Positions 26,732 through 36,961 of a stretch of 64,000 bases of DNA are shown one piece after another. Under the pieces are notes generated by a model. That model was not told where the DNA came from, did not search any database, and was given only the letters and a program-made list of their open reading frames with translations. The stretch's first letter is position 1; every line of letters starts with the position of its first letter. Source of the stretch: a virus (lineage: Duplodnaviria; Caudoviricetes); the IMG/VR virus record IMGVR_UViG_3300005973_000002. One strand, given 5' to 3'. Position numbers and translations under genes: made by a program.

Positions 26732-28480
26732 ATGAGCAATTACCCCAAGAAATTCGTTGGGCTTCATAGCCATAGCACATTCTCGATTGGGGATGCTATC
26801 GGCATGCCTCAAGATCATATTGACTTTGCCAGAGAAAACGGCATGGATGCGATAGCTCTTACTGATCATGGAAACATGAACGGATATTCGCATCAATATT
26901 TTCATGGGCAGAAACTTAAGAAAGAAGGCATAAACTTCAAGGCCATCCCTGGAATTGAAGCATATTTTGTTGATTCACTTTCAAAGTGGCGTGAACTTTA
27001 CGAGTCGGATAAAGAAAAGAAAAGACTCAAGAAGCTGGCTGAAAAGGGGGATCAAGATGCCTTGGAGGCGCTAAAGCGCAAAGGTGAACTTCTAGGAGAT
27101 CCATTTGCCGAAACAAAAGAACAGATGGATGAAGACATGGCTGGAGGCACAGTCGTTGAAAACGAAGAAGAATCAAAATCCAACAAGTTCAAAGACCCGA
27201 TTAAACAGCGCAATCACCTTGTTCTTCTCCCAAAAAACAACGAAGGGTTACAAGCACTATTCCAGCTCGTCACCGAGTCTTACATAAACGGCTTTTATCG
27301 TTATCCTCGAATCGATCTTGACCTACTTAAGAAGTATTCAAAAGGAAACATCATTGCACTTACAGCCTGTATTGCTGGTGTTCCAGCTCGCAAGGTGTTT
27401 GATCACCAGACAGAACCCGACTGGGAAAAATGGGGACCAACGCAAGAAAACTTCGAGCTGATTCAAAAAGATTTGAAAGAAATGGCTGACCAGTTCAAAT
27501 GGGCTCTCGGTGATGAGAATTTCTATTTGGAAATTCAGTTTAACGCACTTGGTGCGCAGCATCTGGTAAATCAACATCTTATTGAATGCAGCAAGAGAAC
27601 CAACACACTATTAGTTTGCACGGTTGATGCTCACTATTCCCACCCTGACCACTGGAAGGAAAGAGAAATTTACAAGATGATGGCTTGGTCTTCAAAGGGC
27701 CAGGCGATGGACAAATCCAAACTGCCCCAGAAAATCGATGAGCTTAAGTGTGAACTTTACCCCAAGAATGCTGAACAAGTTTGGGATTCATACAAGCGAT
27801 ACACTGATGGAAAAGGGTGGGATTTTTATGATGATGATGTAGTCCGAGAAGCAATTGAACGTTCGCACATTATTGCTCACGAGCAAATTGACACCATAGA
27901 TCCTGACACTTCTGTGAAACTACCTTCGATTTCATCAATGGTTGACGAATGCAGCATGAAAGAAATCGTAAGCAAGTACGGCAAAGAACTTGGCGATGAT
28001 GAAATTGCGTTTCAAGAATTGAAACGTCAGGCAATAGCTGGTATCAAGTCTCGTGGACTCGCAAATAACCAAGAATATGTTGATAGGCTCAAACACGAGT
28101 TACGTGTCGTGAAGTACCTTGGATTCTCCAAGTATTTCTTGACTTACTCCAAGATTATGGAAATAGTTTCTGAACACATGCTTATTGGTAACGCACGTGG
28201 ATGTTTCCTTCCAGGCTCTCGTGTTATGATGGCAGATGAAATGTTTGCCGAAATTGAAAATATTCTTGTCGGAGACAAAGTTATAGATGCCTTTGGTAAG
28301 GAGCAGACAGTTGAAAACACATTTGAATACGATGTGGATGAAGAGTGTATTGAACTGGAATTTGATGATGGCAGAGTGATTAAATGCACGAAGGACCATG
28401 AAATTCTAACGACAAATAGAGGTTGGGTAGAGGCTCAACATCTAACAGAAGAAGATAATGTGGCAGAAGTTAAACTTTAA
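26732..28480 (+). CDS. dnaE: DNA polymerase III alpha, N-terminal piece (PHP domain plus part of the palm), fused to a split-intein N-part
   Basis: LHSHS, ALTDHG, HLVLL, YLEIQ, DAHY, GFSKYFL; ends ARG followed by the intein. Confidence 0.95.
   Translation: MSNYPKKFVGLHSHSTFSIGDAIGMPQDHIDFARENGMDAIALTDHGNMNGYSHQYFHGQKLKKEGINFKAIPGIEAYFVDSLSKWRELYESDKEKKRLKKLAEKGDQDALEALKRKGELLGDPFAETKEQMDEDMAGGTVVENEEESKSNKFKDPIKQRNHLVLLPKNNEGLQALFQLVTESYINGFYRYPRIDLDLLKKYSKGNIIALTACIAGVPARKVFDHQTEPDWEKWGPTQENFELIQKDLKEMADQFKWALGDENFYLEIQFNALGAQHLVNQHLIECSKRTNTLLVCTVDAHYSHPDHWKEREIYKMMAWSSKGQAMDKSKLPQKIDELKCELYPKNAEQVWDSYKRYTDGKGWDFYDDDVVREAIERSHIIAHEQIDTIDPDTSVKLPSISSMVDECSMKEIVSKYGKELGDDEIAFQELKRQAIAGIKSRGLANNQEYVDRLKHELRVVKYLGFSKYFLTYSKIMEIVSEHMLIGNARGCFLPGSRVMMADEMFAEIENILVGDKVIDAFGKEQTVENTFEYDVDEECIELEFDDGRVIKCTKDHEILTTNRGWVEAQHLTEEDNVAEVKL
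28202..28477 (+). other. Split intein N-fragment (92 aa)
   Basis: Block A CFLPGSRV; block B CTKDHEILT; stop directly after; 24 D/E versus 8 K/R. Confidence 0.92.
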
Positions 28481-28592
28481 ACACCAGAAAAAAACACTTG
28501 AAGCGTTAATAAACGCTGTTTCTATTGTTCGGTAAAATTAATAGGTAAAACACCCCCAGGAGTGTTTCCAATAAACAAGCATAATTAAAAAT

Positions 28593-29512
28593 ATGGGTGG
28601 AAAAGTAACTTGTCCTAAGTTAACAAACGAACAAATTAAAGTTGTCAAGCAATTAAAGATCCATGTCTCACAGAAGAATTACTCAAACCGTATCTTTTAA
28701 AATGGGATTTGTCTTGGCATTCATTTAAACGTAGATTACGACGTTCTGGCTTAAGCCAAACATTTGCTTATTCCTGGAATGAGTTTCAAACTAACCCAAA
28801 ACTTCATAGCAAATACAATAAAAACAATCTCTATATAAGGTGCCCTTGTGGCAAAGATTATGTTTGTATAGTTTTTGGTTTTGTTAATAGAAAATACCAA
28901 GTTCCAGTTTGTGATGAATGTTATAAAACACAATATTCTTATGATGAAGAGTGGCGACAGAACAACAGTAAGGCACAGCTAATAGCCCAAAATAACCCAA
29001 AAACAATTGCCAAACAAAGAGCTTCGCAGAAGAAACGACATGCTCAACCTGGTATGAAAGAAAAATATAGAAAAATTGGGCTAAAACTGTGGGAAGATAA
29101 GAACTATCGTAAAAAAGTAATCAAAAATTCTTCCATAACCATGTCTGGTATTTACAAGAAAATTGAATATCAGAGTTCATATGAACTTGCTTTCATAATG
29201 TGGAACCTTGAACAAGGCAACGACATTAAACGGTTTGATTTGGAAGGTATTCCTTATTTGTGGGAAGGCAAAGAGCATAGATACTATTCTGATTTCATTG
29301 TTAATGAAAACAAAATAGTAGAGGATAAAGGTAAAGGAAGCATCTATAACAAACATAAAGAATTGTGCGCTACCAAAAACAAAGCATTGAAAGTTTGGTG
29401 CAGAAGCAATAGCTTTTATGATAGACTTGTATTTGATACAGACCTTTCAAAAGACCTAATCAAGAAGGCGAGAAAATGGCACAAGGAGAACTCCATTGGC
29501 AAAATTAGTTAG
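28593..29512 (+). mobile_element. Free-standing PD-(D/E)xK (TnsA-like) putative homing endonuclease between the dnaE halves; 5' frameshift
   Basis: CPC..CDEC Zn motif, basic repeats, YQSSYEL, IPY, RYYSDF, VEDKG. ATG 28593 joins ORF 28709 only by a -1 shift at about 28637-28657. Confidence 0.7.
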
Positions 29513-29603
29513 AAAAACACCCTTTCAATACAAGGGCAAAGTTCACGATCTTACCGTAAGTGAAAGCCACTCTTACAATATTGAAGGTTTAGGTGTTCAT
29601 AAT
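29496..29603 (+). other. Split intein C-fragment (36 aa), Ser+1
   Basis: MAKLVRKTPFQYKGKVHDLTV...GVHN followed by S; blocks F and G. Confidence 0.92.
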
Positions 29604-31820
29604 TCAGCCGGCGGGTCTTTGCTTTCATACGTGTTAAACGTGACTCAACTTGATCCGATCAAGCATGGTCTTTTGTTCGAGCGTTTTCTTACCAGATTTA
29701 AGAAGGGCTTCCCAGACATCGACTCTGATTTTGCTGATCGAGAAAAGGCTGTTAAGCTAATCACAGAGCACTTTGGAGAAGAAAACGTCATTCCAATTTC
29801 AAACTTCAACCAGCTTCAATTGCGTTCCCTTATTAAGGATTTGTGTCGCTTGAACGGTGTTCCATTTGATGAGGTGAACAAATATACGAAGAAAATTGAG
29901 GCTGAAGCACTTTCAGAAGCTAAAAAGAAGCCAGGATTTGACGCACAGCAGTGGACCTTGACTTTCGATGAAGCTGATGATAAATCCGAAACCTTCCGCA
30001 AGCTTATGAAGGAATACCCGGATTTAGAGACACACATCAAAGTGCTCTTCAAGCAGATGCGAAATGTAAGTCGACATGCTGGCGGTGTCATTATCACTGA
30101 AAGTCCTGAACAACACATGCCGATTATCAAAAGTGGCGGTGTTTTACAAACGCCTTGGCAGGAAGGTCTTAACTTCCGTCATCTTGAGGGATTCGGGCTG
30201 TTAAAGTTCGACATCCTTGGCCTTGGAACACTCCGCATGTTTGAGAACTGCATTAAGCGAATCTTGAAGAAGCAGGGTATTAAGTACCCAACTTTCCGTC
30301 AAGTTAATAAGTGGTTCTATGAAAATCTCCATCCAGACAATAACTCGCTTGATGATATTGAAGTCTACAAGAATGTGTATTGGGAAGGCAATTGGGCTGG
30401 TGTTTTTCAGTTTGTACAGCCGCCTGTACAAAAGTTCGTAAAGAAAATGAAACCAGAAAGCATTCTGGACATCGCAACCGCAACATCTATCTTCCGCCCA
30501 GGTCCGCTTGGTATTGGCGCTGATAAGATGTATTTGAAAAACAGAAAAAACCCTGAAAGCATCCTTTATAAGCATCCACTACTCGAAGAAGTTCTTGCAC
30601 CAACTTGCGGTCTTCTCGTATTCCAGGAGCAGTTGCAACTCATTTACCACAAGCTTGCGGGTGTTCCATTAGAAGAAACGGATGGCATTCGTAAAGCTCT
30701 CTTGAAGAAGGACAAGTCTAACAAGAAAGAGCAAGAAAGATACTTGCGTGAATTACGAGAAGAATTTGCTAATAAAGCACTTGAAACTAATAATATTCCT
30801 AAGTCTACCAGCTATGACATTTTCGAGGAAATGGCCACATTCGTAGCGTATTCATTCAATAAATCTCACGCTACAGCATACGCAATTACATCATATCAGT
30901 GTGCATGGTTGCTTACACGCTACCCTGAGGAGTGGGTTGCTTCTTATATTGATTATTGTGCCACAGAAAAAGGTACGGTTACAGGTAAAGAGTCTCCTCT
31001 ATCGGTAGCACTTGGAGAGGCTAAGGGGTTGGGCTTTAAGATCGGTAAACCAGATATCAATAAGTCCGAGATTGATTACCAGGTAAAAGACAAGACTCTG
31101 GTGCCCAGCTTCCAAGCATTGAAACATGTAGGTTTGCCAGCCCTTAGAGAAATTGATCAATATCGCCCATACGAAAAGATTGAAGACCTCTTGTGGAATC
31201 CTGATGAAAGCTGGCGTCATAGCAAGTTCAACAAGAGAGCAATGTCTACGCTTGTAAAGCTAGAGGCTTTCAATTCTATGGGACTGGTTGGACCAGATAA
31301 AGAATTCAAAAACTATCGACAACTTTACTATGTTTTGGTTGATCAGGTTGATGAAATTAAGCGAGCCTGCAACAGAAAGAAAGCGCCAAGACCACCAGAA
31401 GTTCTAGCTAAACTTATAAGGGAAGCTCAAGAGCTTGAAGATTGGTCAGTTGATGAAAAGATCAAACACAGTCAAAATCTATCAGGAACTGTGGACATCA
31501 GTTTAATTCTAACAGAGCAAATCAGAAGTTATCTTGAGTCACAGGGAATTGGTTCGGTTGATGAGTGGAAGTTTGATAATCAAGTTCTATGGTGTGTGGT
31601 AAAGCGAAGCATGGTAGCCAAGACTAGAAACGGAAAACCATACCTTCGTATGAAAGTTTATGGTGAATCTGGCCAAGAACAGCATTGTTTCGTTTGGGGA
31701 TACAAGCCTGGGCAGCACGGCATAGTCCCTAACAACACTTTGATAATTGGCAAGTTCAAAAAAAGTGATTTTGGTCTTTCAAGTTTCTATGCTAGTATTG
31801 ATGTTCTTGAACGCAAATAG
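29496..31820 (+). CDS. dnaE: DNA polymerase III alpha, C-terminal piece, preceded by a split-intein C-part
   Basis: SAGGSLL, FPDIDSDF, RHAGGVII, KFDILGL, FRPGP, YSFNKSHA; SD AAGGAG; TTG start. Confidence 0.95.
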   Translation: MAKLVRKTPFQYKGKVHDLTVSESHSYNIEGLGVHNSAGGSLLSYVLNVTQLDPIKHGLLFERFLTRFKKGFPDIDSDFADREKAVKLITEHFGEENVIPISNFNQLQLRSLIKDLCRLNGVPFDEVNKYTKKIEAEALSEAKKKPGFDAQQWTLTFDEADDKSETFRKLMKEYPDLETHIKVLFKQMRNVSRHAGGVIITESPEQHMPIIKSGGVLQTPWQEGLNFRHLEGFGLLKFDILGLGTLRMFENCIKRILKKQGIKYPTFRQVNKWFYENLHPDNNSLDDIEVYKNVYWEGNWAGVFQFVQPPVQKFVKKMKPESILDIATATSIFRPGPLGIGADKMYLKNRKNPESILYKHPLLEEVLAPTCGLLVFQEQLQLIYHKLAGVPLEETDGIRKALLKKDKSNKKEQERYLRELREEFANKALETNNIPKSTSYDIFEEMATFVAYSFNKSHATAYAITSYQCAWLLTRYPEEWVASYIDYCATEKGTVTGKESPLSVALGEAKGLGFKIGKPDINKSEIDYQVKDKTLVPSFQALKHVGLPALREIDQYRPYEKIEDLLWNPDESWRHSKFNKRAMSTLVKLEAFNSMGLVGPDKEFKNYRQLYYVLVDQVDEIKRACNRKKAPRPPEVLAKLIREAQELEDWSVDEKIKHSQNLSGTVDISLILTEQIRSYLESQGIGSVDEWKFDNQVLWCVVKRSMVAKTRNGKPYLRMKVYGESGQEQHCFVWGYKPGQHGIVPNNTLIIGKFKKSDFGLSSFYASIDVLERK

Positions 31821-31832
31821 GATTAATATGTC

Positions 31833-33017
31833 ATGAACTTTGTAGCAAACTTTCCAAAAGAAATAGTTTTTAGATTGGTATTGCCAAATGAGGATGAATA
31901 TTTTATAACCAACAACAATTGGTTTGATTTACCTGAAGCACATCCTTGTCAAAAGGATGTGCAAAAGTTTCAATTTGAAACGATACCCGCATATCCTTTT
32001 ATAGTGAGAACTAAAAAAGAACTGAAAAATTATAAAAAAGACCATAGATTTCATATTCATGAAAATAAACCAGTGGAAATTAAGCTAGCTGGTTATGAAG
32101 ACGAAGGAACAAAATCGCAAACAAGATTGGAAGCCCAGGTGCAACTGCCCTCAGGACATTCTGTTTCTATTAGTCAAGATGTTTTTATCAATGCTTTGCT
32201 AAAAGGTGGTTTAGGACCTGGCGGAAAGCTGCCTGGGAAATATGTGTTTGCTACTGTTAACAGAAGAGTTAAATTGGTTCAAGTTGACTCTGGGCTCTAT
32301 AATGCCATCTGCAAACAAGTTAAAAACCGTTCTCGTAAACCCTTAGCTATGGAACAAATGGACGTTGGAAAAGTTTATAAAACTGCTGCGGGAACCACGG
32401 GCTTGTTTCTTGGGTTTGTTACTACCGAAACTATGAAGGTGGATTTACCATCAGACGCTAAAAGATACTGGTCCATCCTGGATCTTCAAAGAATCAATTT
32501 AGAACCACTTGCGGACTTTGGAGTACGATTTTTACCACAAAAATTAGCATCCTTATGGTACTTGATTAATATTAATAAGTGGTCTGGTGGTCAACTAACT
32601 CAAGATGAATTACTTGAGAAATTACTCAAAGATATAACAAACGAAAAACTTAATAAGATTCAAGTAAATAAAACTCATCGTTATGTTGAAGAAGTTAAAG
32701 GATACCATCTTGACTTTCCATTTGACATTGTAACAGCCATTCGTTCTATAGCTGTTAGGAAGGCCGAAACTTTAATTCATAAAGCACGAATCAGAAGAAC
32801 CAATCCACAATTTGTAAATTACAAAAGTAAATTTGACGAGTCGACCGTTAAAAATAAGCCAGACATACTCCGGCACTATGATGCTTGTTTGATTGAACTT
32901 GACGCTGCTCTCGCAAACATGTCATTGTTCGGCTCGGGGCTTGTACGTTCAGAACCTTTTAAAATGTTTGAACGTTGGGAAACGAAGCACGATAAATTCA
33001 AAAAGGCGAAGAAATGA
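31833..33017 (+). CDS. Hypothetical protein, paralog of 33014
   Basis: Shares VxLPxG, GG.LPG.YVFA, VG.VY.T and FLGF with the neighbour. Confidence 0.8.
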   Translation: MNFVANFPKEIVFRLVLPNEDEYFITNNNWFDLPEAHPCQKDVQKFQFETIPAYPFIVRTKKELKNYKKDHRFHIHENKPVEIKLAGYEDEGTKSQTRLEAQVQLPSGHSVSISQDVFINALLKGGLGPGGKLPGKYVFATVNRRVKLVQVDSGLYNAICKQVKNRSRKPLAMEQMDVGKVYKTAAGTTGLFLGFVTTETMKVDLPSDAKRYWSILDLQRINLEPLADFGVRFLPQKLASLWYLININKWSGGQLTQDELLEKLLKDITNEKLNKIQVNKTHRYVEEVKGYHLDFPFDIVTAIRSIAVRKAETLIHKARIRRTNPQFVNYKSKFDESTVKNKPDILRHYDACLIELDAALANMSLFGSGLVRSEPFKMFERWETKHDKFKKAKK

Positions 33018-34201
33018 TACTGAAATCTGACATTCCTGAAACGGTAAATTACCTTCCAGAGAAAAAGATTCGCAACTTTAAATTTGAGTGGGATCTTCGT
33101 GATGACAAATACAATGGTGATTTTGACAAACACTTTAACGGTGTATTCGGAAGAGACTGTACGGTTCTCGTGCCAAATAGTAAGGCCGCTTCAAAGAAAG
33201 AAATTGTTAGCCTTCCAAATAAGCCAATGAAGGGACTTAGGTTCGTTGGTCGTTCACGTTATTCCACAAATTCTGATCATGTTTTAGTGCTCCTTCCTAA
33301 TGGTTATGTCGTTGAAATGGGCTTAGATTCATTTACTGAGGTTGTCTTAAACGAAGGTTTGCAACTAGGCGGGGTCATTCCAGGAGAATGGATTTGGGCA
33401 AGAGTGCTTGGTTCAATGAAGTTGATTAGAATCGGTACCGGCTTTCATCAATCGGTTCTTGATTATCTTAAAAGAGAATCAAAACCTGAATACAAACTTC
33501 AACAATTGAATGTTGGCAACATTTATGCAACCGCAGATAAAAAATTTGCAGTTTTTTTAGGATTTATTAACACTTTTTCAATGCAAGTTCGTTGCCATCC
33601 AGATGATAAAGAATATATAAGTTGGCGAAACAACCAATACGATATAGATTGGCAAAAAAAGAAAAAGCTAATACGATATGATGTTAATTTTAAAAAAGTT
33701 GATTTGGCCACTTTATGGTTTGATCTTTGGTATGAAGAATCTAACTTATTCGACAGAAGAAGTCAAATAGAACACCAAATTAAGAGTTTTAACAAATATT
33801 CTTTCATAGTAAAAAAGAAGCATGACTATGTTGAAGAATTAAAACTAAAAAAACTATCAATCCAAGATGACATTATTCTCTCGATTAGAAAGTCGACGGA
33901 GAAAGCAGCGATTCAGTCATTAAAGTTTCAAGCCGCTATGGAGAGTACCCAGCATAATCACAGCTATGGATTCACCCAGCAGCCGGATAAGATTGATCTT
34001 AATTCATATAACCCAAGTTACGAAGCAGCAACTTATATTCGTTCTGAAGCAATGAAGGCTTGTATGGTCCCATTTGGTGTTGAACCAATAATTCCTGACA
34101 TATTGAAAAAGTTCAATCCCTTTCTAAGACAAGAAAATTCAGAGTTGTCCAAGGCTCTTGAAAAAGAAAAACTCTTTAAGAGAAAGAATAAAAAGAGCTG
34201 A
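33014..34201 (+). CDS. Hypothetical protein, paralog of 31833
   Basis: VLLPNG, GGVIPGEWIWA, VGNIYAT, FLGF. Confidence 0.8.
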   Translation: MILKSDIPETVNYLPEKKIRNFKFEWDLRDDKYNGDFDKHFNGVFGRDCTVLVPNSKAASKKEIVSLPNKPMKGLRFVGRSRYSTNSDHVLVLLPNGYVVEMGLDSFTEVVLNEGLQLGGVIPGEWIWARVLGSMKLIRIGTGFHQSVLDYLKRESKPEYKLQQLNVGNIYATADKKFAVFLGFINTFSMQVRCHPDDKEYISWRNNQYDIDWQKKKKLIRYDVNFKKVDLATLWFDLWYEESNLFDRRSQIEHQIKSFNKYSFIVKKKHDYVEELKLKKLSIQDDIILSIRKSTEKAAIQSLKFQAAMESTQHNHSYGFTQQPDKIDLNSYNPSYEAATYIRSEAMKACMVPFGVEPIIPDILKKFNPFLRQENSELSKALEKEKLFKRKNKKS

Positions 34202-34238
34202 CAATAGTCGGATTTTTCCTTTATCTATTCGTAACCCA

Positions 34239-34271
34239 TACTTATTCATGTTGCCTAAGAGGACCAACATG
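34239..34271 (+). promoter_or_regulatory. TACTTAT motif followed by a hairpin hiding the SD and ATG of sod
   Basis: CATGTTG(34247-53)/CAACATG(34265-71) stem plus inner CCT/AGG. Confidence 0.5.
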
Positions 34272-35180
34272 GATTTGAAAAAGATCATTGAGACTTCAGT
34301 AAAGGAGTCCTTGAGAAAGTCAGGAAAGCTTCCTGAAAGCAACAGAACTCAGAAGCCAAAGCTTCAAGAGGCTGTTAAAAAGCCACAGCCAGTTCTGAAG
34401 GAAGCACTTGTAGCAACACCTCAATCATTCAATCTTACAACTGAGCGACTTTCTGAAGAAACAAAACGAGCACACGAACAACTTTATCAGGGTTATGTTG
34501 AGAAATTCAATAGGTCAAGCTCTGGACTTGATGCTGTTAACATTCATGATGCAAACGCAAATCGAAGTGATTACAGATCACTAAAAAATGATGAAACCTA
34601 TAATCTCAATGCTATGAAGCTTCACGAGCTTTATTTCAACAACATCTCTGATTTGTCATCAGAGATTGGAGTTGATTCTCTCCCCTACATGCGTCTTTCA
34701 AGGGATTTTGGTACATTTGAAAAATGGCAGTTTGACTTCATGGCTGCTTGCAAATCAGCTAGAAACGGTTGGGGACTTGTTGTTTACGAACCATATAAAG
34801 GCGTTTACATGAACGTTATTGTTGACCTTCATAATGTAAACATTCCATTGGGCACCATTCCTGTGTTAGTAATAGACATGTGGGAACATGCTTATTACAA
34901 CGATTATCAAAACAATAAAGATGATTATCTTGTTGCAATGATGCGAGAAATAAACTGGAACGTAGTAGAAGCTAGGATGGTTTTAGCAGAACGTTCAGAT
35001 TTAAGTGCTCTTTACATGATTAAACCTGTTTATAACATGGAACCTAAAAAGATGCTAGATACTGCCACCTCTCCACCCATTGACCGAGTAACTACTTCGG
35101 GACAAGTGGAAGTACCTAGCACTTCACCACCTGGACCTGAAGTAATTGCACCAAATCTTAGACGGGAGCCACAGCAATGA
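34269..35180 (+). CDS. sod: Fe/Mn superoxide dismutase with N- and C-terminal extensions
   Basis: Metal ligands in AHEQLYQGY, KLHELYF and IDMWEHAYY; start moved to ATG 34269. Confidence 0.92.
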   Translation: MDLKKIIETSVKESLRKSGKLPESNRTQKPKLQEAVKKPQPVLKEALVATPQSFNLTTERLSEETKRAHEQLYQGYVEKFNRSSSGLDAVNIHDANANRSDYRSLKNDETYNLNAMKLHELYFNNISDLSSEIGVDSLPYMRLSRDFGTFEKWQFDFMAACKSARNGWGLVVYEPYKGVYMNVIVDLHNVNIPLGTIPVLVIDMWEHAYYNDYQNNKDDYLVAMMREINWNVVEARMVLAERSDLSALYMIKPVYNMEPKKMLDTATSPPIDRVTTSGQVEVPSTSPPGPEVIAPNLRREPQQ

Positions 35181-35860
35181 AGAACACCCAAAATCTCAAG
35201 AGGCTCTTGGAGCAACTTCTTAATGAAGCCGAACCAGTTGAAAGACCTAAGTCCATGGCTGACTTTGCGCCAACTGAAGATAAGCCCGTTTCGTTGGATC
35301 AGGCCATAGATCGCTATTTTGTCCAGTATGAACGTGAATCTATTCCTACCAGTGAAATGTTTGAAAGTAATGTAAGCAAGCTAATTGGATATCTTTTTGA
35401 ACAGGATATAGAAGAACCAGAGGGCGAAGACGTTGGAGCAGGTGATGAAGGTGGGCTTGACATTGACGCTCCAGCCGGTGATTTGGGTCTTGGAGCTGAT
35501 GCTGATCCAGCAGGCGGCGAAGACCTTGGGTTTGGCGATGATGCAACCCCACCAGCAGGTGAAGGAGATGACGCCGAGCAACCTGTGGTAAACACGCCGC
35601 AAATAAACCTACAAGACTTTACAAGAAGCGTTGCTAGACTTGTCAACAATGCACAATCTTTAATAGATTTTAGAACGCTTATCTTGAACAGAGCTGAAGC
35701 TTACATCAGAAGCAACTACAATGAAAGAACGGCTAATGAAATGATGAGCATTCTTGATAACCAGTGGGATCTAAGGCCAGAATCTGTAGAGACTAGCTCA
35801 ACTCCTTCTTCAGAATATCCTCAACCACGAACGGCGGTCACCGGCCCCATGGGTGGATAA
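35177..35860 (+). CDS. Acidic hypothetical protein, probably virion-associated
   Basis: Leader LKRLLEQLLNE; Asp/Gly/Ala-rich low-complexity middle. Confidence 0.75.
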   Translation: MKNTQNLKRLLEQLLNEAEPVERPKSMADFAPTEDKPVSLDQAIDRYFVQYERESIPTSEMFESNVSKLIGYLFEQDIEEPEGEDVGAGDEGGLDIDAPAGDLGLGADADPAGGEDLGFGDDATPPAGEGDDAEQPVVNTPQINLQDFTRSVARLVNNAQSLIDFRTLILNRAEAYIRSNYNERTANEMMSILDNQWDLRPESVETSSTPSSEYPQPRTAVTGPMGG

Positions 35861-36154
35861 ATGTCCATCAAAAAAACAAAAATAGTTTTTGACTTTGATG
35901 CTGATTCGCTCAAGGAACTTCGAAGAGTCCTTTTTGCGAAAGGTCTCAACCCACAACAGTTCCTAACTTATATAGTAGAGTTAGTTTCCATGAGAGATTC
36001 CCGCATTTTGGGAATCTTGGATGAAGCTATATTAAACAAGGATATACATCGTGGTAAAGGTCGTGCAAACACGACTGATGCTGAAACGATTTATGAATTA
36101 ATCAAGCAAGAACTTGATGAACAACAAAAGAATGGGGTGAACCATGACTCTTAA
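35861..36154 (+). CDS. Hypothetical protein
   Basis: 97 aa. Confidence 0.7.
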   Translation: MSIKKTKIVFDFDADSLKELRRVLFAKGLNPQQFLTYIVELVSMRDSRILGILDEAILNKDIHRGKGRANTTDAETIYELIKQELDEQQKNGVNHDS

Positions 36155-36488
36155 GAGCAAGGTCGTAAAAGCACTCGAAATTTTACTTTCGGATGAAGAA
36201 TCGAAATTTTCTGTAGGAGGTGAGCAAACTTATGAAAATCTTCTTGCTCAGTTTACAGATAATAATGATTCTCAAAAGATAAGAGAGTTGCAAAATGTAG
36301 TCTATGGGTTAAGCTCTAAAGTAACTTTGTTGACTGATAAAGTTCATGAACTCAATGACCAGATTGTAAATCTAACCACACTCCATGAGGAACTCATGTA
36401 TATCCTTGATCAAGGAATTGGTCAGCAGGAAGACAATGATACTTCGATGAGTCTAAACTTCAAAACAAAGAAGTATGAACTCAACTGA
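36144..36488 (+). CDS. Coiled-coil hypothetical protein
   Basis: Heptad-like C-terminal half. Confidence 0.7.
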   Translation: MTLKSKVVKALEILLSDEESKFSVGGEQTYENLLAQFTDNNDSQKIRELQNVVYGLSSKVTLLTDKVHELNDQIVNLTTLHEELMYILDQGIGQQEDNDTSMSLNFKTKKYELN

Positions 36489-36957
36489 AAAATCTACTGA
36501 AGGTAAAGAAACTAAACCAAAAGAAAAAAAGGAGTCAGGGAACAAAAAAGTTCTAAACTTCTTAAAGAAGATGTTCGGAGCCATTTGGGAATGGCTCAAG
36601 AGCAACTGGCTCCCTTTATTCTTAATGTTTGCAGTCGCTGCACTTTTTGCAAAAGGTTGCGAGCGAACTCAAACATATAATTCTCTTTTTGAGCAATATC
36701 AAGAGCAAAGTATTGACCATCAACGACAATTAAAAGAGTTGCGTGAACTTCAACAAGCTGAACGTGAAGAGCTGGATAGGCAGCTTCATCAATACTTTGA
36801 AAATATGAATCGCATCGAACGAGAATACAAACAAGAAATTCAGAGAATTGAGTCTTCAAGGGAAAGTAGGCGTGTTACCATCATAAGAGACCATGATAGG
36901 GACCCAACTACGCTAACAGATGAAGTTAGGCGTGTCTTTGGAATTCCCGTGGAGTGA
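36475..36957 (+). CDS. Single-TM coiled-coil protein, i-spanin-like
   Basis: Basic N-terminus, TM WLPLFLMFAVAALFA, long coiled coil. Confidence 0.5.
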   Translation: MNSTEKSTEGKETKPKEKKESGNKKVLNFLKKMFGAIWEWLKSNWLPLFLMFAVAALFAKGCERTQTYNSLFEQYQEQSIDHQRQLKELRELQQAEREELDRQLHQYFENMNRIEREYKQEIQRIESSRESRRVTIIRDHDRDPTTLTDEVRRVFGIPVE

Positions 36958-36961
36958 TCCT

